Shown piece after piece: positions 18,428 through 25,926 of a stretch of DNA of 64,000 nt. The translations under genes were made by a program, and so were the position numbers. Location: positions 2,016,001 through 2,080,000 of the forward strand of contig CAWJET010000001.1 of the NCBI GenBank assembly GCA_963842085.1, read 5' to 3'. Every line of letters begins with the position of its first letter. Within the stretch, counting starts at the first letter, position 1. The notes below the pieces were generated by a model that worked only from the letters and a program-made list of their open reading frames with translations, had not been told where the DNA came from and did no database searches. The DNA comes from an uncultured delta proteobacterium. Lineage in GTDB: Bacteria; Desulfobacterota; Binatia; Binatales; Binataceae.

Positions 18428-19099
18428 TCACGATTCGGTCAGCAGACCCAAACGCAGGAGCCGGACCCGTGCGGCCTGTTCGGAGACCTGGCAACCCCTC
18501 ATGATCCGTGTGATCACGGCACGGCCGGGCTTCGAATCGATGAACAGGGGGGACTTGCTCCCATCCCGCATCGCGATCTCACCGGCCATCGTGAGCACGT
18601 ACGACCGTGGCATCAGCAGCGCCCCGCTGATGTAAGCTGCCTGCCATTCCATCCAGTCGTTCTCGGGAGCGGTCACGATGGTGTCGCGTTCGCAGCGCCA
18701 TGAGCGCGCGGCGGGACGACGGTCAGAATCCCGCCCGGATTTTCTCCACAGCGGAGCGTGGAATCGCACGTGGCCATACTCATGGCCCAGAGTCATCCGG
18801 AGCCGGTTCTCATAGCGCGGCGAGGATAGGCGTTCAGAAATTTTCACCTTGGGATTACGGTCAGCAAAGTAGTCTGTGTATCCGTCTACGCTTTCAGGGA
18901 GGTCGGCATACAGGTCGAGGTCGTCGGCTTCGGCCTCGATCATGCGGATTATGTCGTCGGTGGGGATCGGAAGCCTGAAGCCGCCGGAGCGGTGGCCCAT
19001 AAACTCCGCGACGATTCGCTCGCATCGCTCGTCAAGCTCGTCGGCCTTGAAGTAAAGGCGATCGATCGGCCGTCCTAGCGGATCGCGAAGCACTTTCAT
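18428..19099 (-). CDS. ImmA/IrrE-family metallopeptidase
   Basis: RLRMTLGHEYGH (HExxH), EWQAAYISGALLMP, VSEQAARVRL. Confidence 0.9.
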   Translation of the reverse strand: MKVLRDPLGRPIDRLYFKADELDERCERIVAEFMGHRSGGFRLPIPTDDIIRMIEAEADDLDLYADLPESVDGYTDYFADRNPKVKISERLSSPRYENRLRMTLGHEYGHVRFHAPLWRKSGRDSDRRPAARSWRCERDTIVTAPENDWMEWQAAYISGALLMPRSYVLTMAGEIAMRDGSKSPLFIDSKPGRAVITRIMRGCQVSEQAARVRLLRLGLLTES

Positions 19100-19425
19100 T
19101 TTCGCTTGCCCGGTGGTCTTACCCCCAGTGCCTTTCGGAACGCGCGGTAGGCGGCTTCGAGCCGTTCCTGGTCCGCCTCGGTCTTTACGTCAGGCGGCTG
19201 GCGGTTTGCGTGAAAGTACAGCACATCAGGCGAGACGCCGACAATCTTTGCCATCTGCTCGATCAGGTAGTCCTCTGGCGGATAGCGGTGATCATGCTCG
19301 ACCGCATTAAGATACGGAGGGTCCACTGGACGCCCGTCCTCGCGCTTCAAGCGCGCGGCAAGCTCTCTCTGCGTAAGCCCGGCCTTTTTCCGAGCGTCCC
19401 TAAGCACCTGACCGAAACTCTTCAT
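19096..19425 (-). CDS. XRE-family HTH repressor (ImmR-like)
   Basis: FGQVLRDARKKAGLTQRELA; 4-bp overlap with the peptidase gene. Confidence 0.88.
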   Translation of the reverse strand: MKSFGQVLRDARKKAGLTQRELAARLKREDGRPVDPPYLNAVEHDHRYPPEDYLIEQMAKIVGVSPDVLYFHANRQPPDVKTEADQERLEAAYRAFRKALGVRPPGKRK

Positions 19426-19782
19426 TCAAGTTTATCAGCGCCAGCAACCGCCGCTCGCCGCCTCCTGCCGCTAAAGATTATCGGAATCTGCAAGAAAAGT
19501 CATCGAAAGCTACAATCTCAGAATTACAGAAATCCACAATGACAGACCAATCACGCCGGTATGATTACGTCCGCTTCCCCGCAGGGGCAGGACGCGCTTC
19601 TGTTCTTCGGGTAGCGCACCATTTTGAGGGCGCGCGCCCTTCACTCGAACCTGAGGGCGCGCGCTGGATTCCGAGTCGCGCGGAGCGAAACGCTGCATGG
19701 CGTGCCAAGCGAAGCGCCCGGCGTGAGCCGGTGGAACGCCGTGCCAGTGTAGCGAGCGTCACCGCTTTTGATTGCGAAGAGT

Positions 19783-22506
19783 CTACCTGCGAATGCCGTG
19801 CCCTCGACTGATACTCCGATGCTGTTCCGGCAAGATGGCAAAGCCGCGATTGGCAATAGAGGGACTCTCCAAAGCCATTGATTTCTCACGGCTTCGAGCT
19901 GCTGCCGGCGCAAGTCTGCTGCGGTCGTCCGTGAAGATCGCGACTGCGTGGCGGGCTCGGCTGATCGAGACATAGAACTGCTTGCGGTTGACCAGCTCGG
20001 GGGAGAGCCGGGTATCGATATCGACGATAACTCGATCGACCGTTGCGCCCTGCGCCGAGTGCGAAGTGGAGGCGTAGCCGTGGTCAATGTGGCGAAGACG
20101 ATCGAGCGCGGCGGTTATCTCCTTGCCGTTATCGAGCTGGATCACCGCACGCTGGGCATCGATGGATTTAATTGTGGCGAGTTCACCGTTCGCAACGCCG
20201 AGCGCCCGGTCGGGTGCCCGGAACTGTATGCGGTCGCCTCGTGCGATCGTGCGCTGCTCCTCGCGGAAGACTTCGACGCCGAAGAGTCTGGTGGGACTGT
20301 ACTCGATGCGATGGCCATCGGACCTCGTGACCGCGAGCATATTGGCATCGCGATCGACTGCTTCAACTCGCCCGTAGCTGCCCTTGGGAACCGCGAATTG
20401 TTTGCTTCCGCGCGTGAAGCGGATCACATCGCCTTCTTCGTAGTTGTAGGCCATCGCTCGTTGGGCGCCGGATAGCCCGCGATTTACGAGGATCGCATGC
20501 TCCTTCCCGACGAACGGTATATGGCCACGGACGATCAGCTCAGACCGAATCGCTTTGTTGAGTTCGCGACGCTCCTGGTTCGCCGGGCTGACGACCAGAA
20601 CGCGCTGTCCTGATTCATATGCGGCGGCGTATTCTCTGGCGATCTGCTTGCGTCTCTGTTCGACGTTCGCGACTTCGCGGATATCACCACGGCGGTCGAG
20701 GATCGCAAGGGACTCGGGGATCTCGCCTTTAGACGCTAGCGTAACGGCTATGCGGAGCTCGGGATCGCGCTGGCGGCGGATGGTATCGAGGCGGGTGACC
20801 AGCATGCCAGCCTCTTGCATTTGATAGATCGGTCGTCCGGCTTCGATCGCGTGATGCTGGCGCTGGTCGCCGACGAAGATGATCCGCTCGATGCCTTCGT
20901 CGCGTGCCTTGTGGAGGAGCCGGTTGACCTGCCGGGTCGGGAGTAGGCTCGACTCGTCAACAATCCATATCTTTTTCGTTTGCGCATCCGGTGATTGGCC
21001 TTCGAGGAGGCTGGCGACAGTTCTTGCGGAGACGCCTGCCTCGGAAAGCGACTTGACCGCACGCGTCGTTGGCGCGAACCCGTAGACCGCGTAGCCCTGC
21101 TCTTCCGCGAACTCGCGAATCGCTCCGACAGTGGTCGTTTTCGCAGCGCCCGCGCGGCCTTCGATTGAGGTGATCCAGTCGGTGGACTCAAGCGTGAGTC
21201 CGGCGGCGACAGTCTGATCAGGAAGCAAGTTGCGCTGGCTCGCCCATCGGCGGATCTCGGTTGAACTGCCGATAGTGGCGGCCCTGCCTTGGCCCGCACG
21301 CATCAGGTCGATGTTCCCGCGCTCAAGGGCGATCATCTCCGGCGTCGTGTAGGCGCCTCGCGGTGAGTTCACGGAGTCGCCGGCGACGATCAGCCGGCCG
21401 TTTCGCTGGAACCGCTCGCGCTCAGCGCGTATCGAATGAAGGTCCGCCTGCCCCATCGCATGCTGCAGTGCCTTCGCTTCAAGTGCGCGGCGATCAATGA
21501 CTGCCTCGCGCTCGCTGTTTTCGTCGATACTCTGGCGAATGGCTTCTTCCGCCGTCTCCGGATGTCGAAACTGGATGGGACCGCGTTCGCGCGATTGCGA
21601 CAACAGACGCTCGACTTCGATTCCATACTGCAGCGCGCGTGAGCGCCATTCCGCCTTGAGGCTTTCTTCATCGCGATGATCTTTCGACAGTCTGGTCCGA
21701 TGCGCGATGATCTGCGCCGCCTCGGCACCCGCCAGCCCCTCACGCGCAAGCGTCCGTTCGATGTCCTGGCGACGACGGGAGAAGGCCATCACCTGCTCGC
21801 GTGTGTAGCCGTCAACCTCCCATCGCCCGTCATGGCCCGCGACCCGGATTTCGTATCCGAGTTGTTGAACCTGTCGGGCTAGTTCAGAGCGGTAAACTGC
21901 CGTGGCAAAAGCTTGCGCGCGATAGATTTCAATGGGATCGAGGCCGCGCCACCGTCCGTCCGGGCGGCGGGTCATGTTGGCGATGACGACGTGCGTGTGA
22001 AGGTGAGGGTCGGGACCGTAGCCGTCTTTAACTCCGCTGGCGGGCCGAGCGGCAATGTGATCGAAGCGCGCGGCGACTATATTGCTGGCCGCGACCCATT
22101 CGCTGCCGCCTCGGCGTCGCGAGAGCGCGTATTGTTCGAGCTCCTCCAGTGCGCGACTGACTGCCTGACGGTGCGCCTCGATAAGGCGGTGATCGTCTCC
22201 GACCAGCCCCTGGATGCTGACCGACTTCGGCGCGTTGAAGGTCGCGTCCCAGCCAGCGCGCCGGTCGTCGTAGCCGTTGGCCTTATGAACGAGCACCTCG
22301 CCGGACGCGGGACGAAGCCCACGCAGTACGGCGTGGAAGTCCTCGGTCGCGACGTCGCCGGAGAGTCCCAGCTCCTCAGCGCCGCGGCCGAACCATTGCC
22401 CGACTACGCTCTGCTTCTCCGAGTAATAGTCGTCGTGCGAGTACTTCTCCTCGTAATAGGTCTCGGCCTGAGCGGCGGTGAGCGCGCCTTTGGACATTAC
22501 CAGCAT
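19783..22506 (-). CDS. MOBF (TrwC/TraI-type) relaxase-helicase
   Basis: YY...DDYY catalytic tyrosines, DATFNAPKSVS, DPHLHTH HUH motif, GRAGAAKTT, VDESSL, VGDQRQH, HGYASTSHSAQG. Confidence 0.95.
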   Translation of the reverse strand: MLVMSKGALTAAQAETYYEEKYSHDDYYSEKQSVVGQWFGRGAEELGLSGDVATEDFHAVLRGLRPASGEVLVHKANGYDDRRAGWDATFNAPKSVSIQGLVGDDHRLIEAHRQAVSRALEELEQYALSRRRGGSEWVAASNIVAARFDHIAARPASGVKDGYGPDPHLHTHVVIANMTRRPDGRWRGLDPIEIYRAQAFATAVYRSELARQVQQLGYEIRVAGHDGRWEVDGYTREQVMAFSRRRQDIERTLAREGLAGAEAAQIIAHRTRLSKDHRDEESLKAEWRSRALQYGIEVERLLSQSRERGPIQFRHPETAEEAIRQSIDENSEREAVIDRRALEAKALQHAMGQADLHSIRAERERFQRNGRLIVAGDSVNSPRGAYTTPEMIALERGNIDLMRAGQGRAATIGSSTEIRRWASQRNLLPDQTVAAGLTLESTDWITSIEGRAGAAKTTTVGAIREFAEEQGYAVYGFAPTTRAVKSLSEAGVSARTVASLLEGQSPDAQTKKIWIVDESSLLPTRQVNRLLHKARDEGIERIIFVGDQRQHHAIEAGRPIYQMQEAGMLVTRLDTIRRQRDPELRIAVTLASKGEIPESLAILDRRGDIREVANVEQRRKQIAREYAAAYESGQRVLVVSPANQERRELNKAIRSELIVRGHIPFVGKEHAILVNRGLSGAQRAMAYNYEEGDVIRFTRGSKQFAVPKGSYGRVEAVDRDANMLAVTRSDGHRIEYSPTRLFGVEVFREEQRTIARGDRIQFRAPDRALGVANGELATIKSIDAQRAVIQLDNGKEITAALDRLRHIDHGYASTSHSAQGATVDRVIVDIDTRLSPELVNRKQFYVSISRARHAVAIFTDDRSRLAPAAARSREKSMALESPSIANRGFAILPEQHRSISRGHGIRR

Positions 22507-24329
22507 CAGTCCTGAATCCTCACCGGGACGCCCGCGGTCCCGTTGGGAGGCGTCGGGCCGCGACTGATCGTCAGCGCCGCCAAATCGGCGCTGGGCTCAT
22601 CGCTGACCGGCCTCGGAAGAGCGCGCGGAATGAACTCGACCTGCCGCCGGCGCGGAAGGCACGGCTTCACTTTGACGCGGGCGCGATCGAGTCCGGCGAT
22701 GCAGAGATAGCCTTCCAGCTTCGGCAGCCGCTGGATCTCGGAGGCCATGACGACCGGCTCGGTCCGGCGCGTCGGATGGACGTTGAACCGATTGCCGTGC
22801 TCGGCGGTGCTCATTCCGATCTCCTCGCGCAGTGCCTCACGGTCGCCGATCTGCCGCGCGATGAAGGCGGCCGTCTCGGGCTCATCAACGCGCAACAGGA
22901 GCTTGGTCGAGGGCATCGAGGCGAGCACCGCTGCCTGCTCGTGGCCATAGATCCGGCGCAACTGAGCGATACTTTGGAAGCCGAGAACGGCGGCGAGTCC
23001 GCGCTTTCGGCCACGCGTGACCAGCGTCTCGAGCTTCGCCTGACGGCCAAGCACCGGCAGCTCGTCCACCATGATCCAGACCCTTCGGCGATCGCTGGCG
23101 GAGTTGAGCATGCGGCCTACAACGAGGTCGAGCCAGAGGTTCGCGAGCGGCAGCGCCGCCGAGCTGGACTCGTCGCGCATCGTCACGAACAGCCATCCTT
23201 CCGAATGCTCGGTCCATTCAAGCGCGCTCCACAGCGGTCGCCCGTCGGCGGGCGGCAGATAGAGGAATGGTCTGGTCGCGTTCGCAACGGTCGCAATGAT
23301 CCCTGCTCCCTGCTCGTGTGCTCCGGGGTCGATCAGACTGTATGCCGGCGTGCCGGAGAGCGCCTGCTTCAACTGATCGCGAGTGAGTTCGAGCAGCTTC
23401 GGGATGCTCTGCGGCTCTCGGGAGGCCGCGACCTGAAGCAGGCTTTCGAGCAGCGTCCGGCTGGATTGACGGAAGAAGTGATCGGACCCGCTTTCGTAGC
23501 CGCGCGGGGCTTCGGGAATGAGCGAAGCGGCGAGCGTCGCCGCGTCAGCCTGGTAGTATCGTTCGCTCAATTCCAGCCACGGTGACCAGTACGGACAGCG
23601 TTCATCGACCGGGTTCAGGATAAGGTCTCCGCGCACGGGTCGATAGAATTCCGAGACGTATTCGCACTCAGGATCGACCACGATCGCAAGCTCTCCGCGC
23701 ACCTGGATCTGGCGAAGGAGCGAGCGGATCGCCATCGACTTCCCGGCTCCCGTCGCGCCGGTGATGAGGAAGTGTTCGCACTCGGTCGAGCGCGGAATGC
23801 GAACCTGGGCGAGCTCGACTCCCGCCCGTTCGCTCCGCAATTCGGTGCGGCGAAGTTCTCGGGCGAGCCGGCGCGGCGGGATCAACGTGAGGCCTCGCAG
23901 ATGCTTCCCCTCTGAACGGTCCTCGGGATCACGGAAGAGGAGATAGCCGAGAGCGGCGAGAGTTATGGTTGCCGGGACCGCTCCCCATACGCTGTAAGAG
24001 GCGAACCACTGTCCGAATGAGCGCCCCAGATAGAAGCGCCAGTTGAGGTAGAGATACATGCTGCCGATCGTCGCACGTCCGCCTCGGTACGGGAGCGACA
24101 GAAAATAGAGCGGGACTTTCTGAGTGAAGAACCAGGCGAGAATCCAGCGGCCGAAGTATTGATGCGCGCCGGGTCCTGAGACGCGGCCGGTCCAGTACCA
24201 GACGAAGAAAAGGTCGGAAGCCGCCCAGATCAGAATCCAAAGCAGCAGGATTCGAAGATAGAGGCGCAGCAGCGTCGCGGCTGAACCGCAACTCAATTCG
24301 TATCTGATGGCGGTTCGTGACAAATTCAT
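22506..24329 (-). CDS. Type IV coupling protein (TrwB/TraD-like)
   Basis: N-terminal TM helices, GATGAGKS Walker A, VDEL Walker B, GRKRG, LGFQSIAQL. Confidence 0.92.
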   Translation of the reverse strand: MNLSRTAIRYELSCGSAATLLRLYLRILLLWILIWAASDLFFVWYWTGRVSGPGAHQYFGRWILAWFFTQKVPLYFLSLPYRGGRATIGSMYLYLNWRFYLGRSFGQWFASYSVWGAVPATITLAALGYLLFRDPEDRSEGKHLRGLTLIPPRRLARELRRTELRSERAGVELAQVRIPRSTECEHFLITGATGAGKSMAIRSLLRQIQVRGELAIVVDPECEYVSEFYRPVRGDLILNPVDERCPYWSPWLELSERYYQADAATLAASLIPEAPRGYESGSDHFFRQSSRTLLESLLQVAASREPQSIPKLLELTRDQLKQALSGTPAYSLIDPGAHEQGAGIIATVANATRPFLYLPPADGRPLWSALEWTEHSEGWLFVTMRDESSSAALPLANLWLDLVVGRMLNSASDRRRVWIMVDELPVLGRQAKLETLVTRGRKRGLAAVLGFQSIAQLRRIYGHEQAAVLASMPSTKLLLRVDEPETAAFIARQIGDREALREEIGMSTAEHGNRFNVHPTRRTEPVVMASEIQRLPKLEGYLCIAGLDRARVKVKPCLPRRRQVEFIPRALPRPVSDEPSADLAALTISRGPTPPNGTAGVPVRIQD

Positions 24330-24664
24330 ATAGCTCTTCTCCTGAGCCTGCGCATGTACTGCTCGGCTTCTTGTTGCGCAGTCTGGCGGATCTGATCGGT
24401 CGCCTCGGAGCCGACCTGGTGGTCAAGCAGATGCTGGAGCGTGAGGCGGGTGCGGGTGAGATCGAACAGAATCTGATCGAGGCTTGGGCGTTGGTTTGAT
24501 TCGTCGATCGGCCCGCCGAGGCGAGGGCGACCATCTCCACCGAAGTGCTCAGCGAGTACTGCGCGGATCAATTTGCGCGGCGCAATTCCTCTGTCCCGCG
24601 CGATTTTCTCAATCCGCTCCAACAGCTCCGGCGCCAGGCGGACGGTATATGGAATCTCCGGCAT
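24326..24664 (-). CDS. RHH relaxosome accessory protein (TrwA-like)
   Basis: YTVRL strand followed by two helices; first gene of a trwABC-like operon. Confidence 0.65.
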   Translation of the reverse strand: MPEIPYTVRLAPELLERIEKIARDRGIAPRKLIRAVLAEHFGGDGRPRLGGPIDESNQRPSLDQILFDLTRTRLTLQHLLDHQVGSEATDQIRQTAQQEAEQYMRRLRRRAI

Positions 24665-24689
24665 CGGACTACTCTTCTTTTTCCTTCAA

Positions 24690-24893
24690 AGCGTACACGC
24701 CGTACACGTCAATGAATCCGGGGCCTTAGGCTGACGTGCTTCGCACGGGTGGGCGCGCCGTACACGCTCTCGTGTACGAAAAGCGCCCGCGGTCACGCCA
24801 CTTTCCGATGGGCCGTGTACGCTCTGGTACACATCGTTCATCCAAAGGGATGAGTGACGTGTCAGTCGTAAACACGTGCGAAGCACGTCAGCC
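24690..24893. promoter_or_regulatory. Candidate oriT / relaxosome binding region
   Basis: Perfect 19-bp inverted repeat at 24729-24747 and 24875-24893, plus multiple GTACAC/GTGTAC motifs upstream of the RHH gene. Confidence 0.55.
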
Positions 24894-24912
24894 GGTACCT
24901 CGATGATGCAAG

Positions 24913-25185
24913 TCACGGTTGAGTCTCGGCGCTGCTGTTGGAAGAAGGCAGAGCGGGGACGCGGCGTGGCTGATTGTCAGCGGAGCGCGACCACGACTGG
25001 AACTCACGGTCTGCGTCGAGAAAGGCGCGGAGAATCTCGGCGATGAGCGAGCGAATATCCACCGACTCGCCGTGAACGTGCTCGTAATATTGGGCGTAAC
25101 GTTCGAGGGTTGCATTCAGGTCGCCGGCGAGCATGACGCGGACCTGAATGGAGCGAAGGGGTTTGATGATGCGTGCGAGTTTCAT
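24913..25185 (-). CDS. DUF2274-like protein
   Basis: LERYAQYYEHVHGE...LIAEILRAFLDADREF, resembling the small gene that ends trb operons. Confidence 0.75.
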   Translation of the reverse strand: MKLARIIKPLRSIQVRVMLAGDLNATLERYAQYYEHVHGESVDIRSLIAEILRAFLDADREFQSWSRSADNQPRRVPALPSSNSSAETQP

Positions 25186-25221
25186 AGTGACCTCCACAAA
25201 ATTGGTCTCTGGAATGATTCG

Positions 25222-25536
25222 TCAGAATGGAAAGAGATAAGACAGGAAGCGGACGGCGATGAGCGCAGCGGAACTCGCGAATCCGCCAACCAACAAACGT
25301 CCCGCGAATTGCCTGCTTCCAAGCGCGTACAGGATTGCCGAGCAGGCAAAGTTCAGGACGATCGCGGCGTGAGCCAACGGACCGGCGATGATGTCCTGCA
25401 GGGCAGTCAGCGTCTGGTCCCAAGGCAAAGCGCCGGCACTAGTCGCAGCAAAGCACGGGCTGCCCTGCACGAGGAGGGCGGTGATCATGCTGACGATCAG
25501 CAGAGTGAAAGTTGGACCCTCAAATGTTTTGTTCAT
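25222..25536 (-). CDS. TrbC/VirB2-family conjugative pilin
   Basis: Signal sequence, then LPWDQTLTALQDIIAGPLA and two hydrophobic helices. Confidence 0.8.
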   Translation of the reverse strand: MNKTFEGPTFTLLIVSMITALLVQGSPCFAATSAGALPWDQTLTALQDIIAGPLAHAAIVLNFACSAILYALGSRQFAGRLLVGGFASSAALIAVRFLSYLFPF

Positions 25537-25600
25537 TGGAACTCCCGGACTGCAAAAAAGCTGCCTGTCGAGCAACGTGTGTCTACATGGCTGTAAGAAG

Positions 25601-25629
25601 TAATTACGAAATTACGTAATTCATGTCAA
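25601..25629 (-). promoter_or_regulatory. Promoter for the pilin-DUF2274 unit with AATTACG repeats
   Basis: Minus-strand TTGACA, 17 bp spacer, TAATTA; AATTACGTAATT palindrome between the boxes. Confidence 0.45.
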
Positions 25630-25846
25630 GAGCGACGATCGGAGGACTATCGTCGGGCGCGCTCGCTCGATGCTAGCCGGTTGTTGCACCTTCATCGCTC
25701 GCGGGTGTCTTGCCTGTAGGGGTGCCGAGTCCTACGATTTCGTAGGTTGCTCGTCTTTGATGGCGGGGGAGTTCGCCTGCGCACTCCTGACTGGTCTGCG
25801 CCTTATCAATAAGCGAGCATTGGACAAGAAGGATGCGGGGCCGACC

Positions 25847-25875
25847 ATCCAGCGCCTCAGAGTCCACTTTGAAGC
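25847..25875 (+). repeat. Solitary degenerate CRISPR-repeat-like sequence upstream of cas3
   Basis: ATCCAGCGCCTCAGAGTCCACTTTGAAGC versus the array repeat; the last 14 nt match at 12 of 14 positions. Confidence 0.5.
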
Positions 25876-25926
25876 GCTGCGATACACGCCGAACCCCATA
25901 AGACCGCTCGACCAGTGGAGATCGTC

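Noticed and set aside
22244-22253. Partial match of the 16-nt first spacer to the relaxase gene (CTGGGACGC)
   Set aside because: 9-nt match without a TTN PAM; not significant.
24919-25596. 225-aa plus-strand ORF over the pilin and DUF2274 genes
   Set aside because: No recognisable motifs; antisense to two recognisable genes.
25878-25894. Similarity of the pseudo-spacer GCGATACACGCCG to GCGTACACGCCG at 24691-24702 near the candidate oriT
   Set aside because: Needs a gap in the seed and has no TTN PAM; too short to support as a target.
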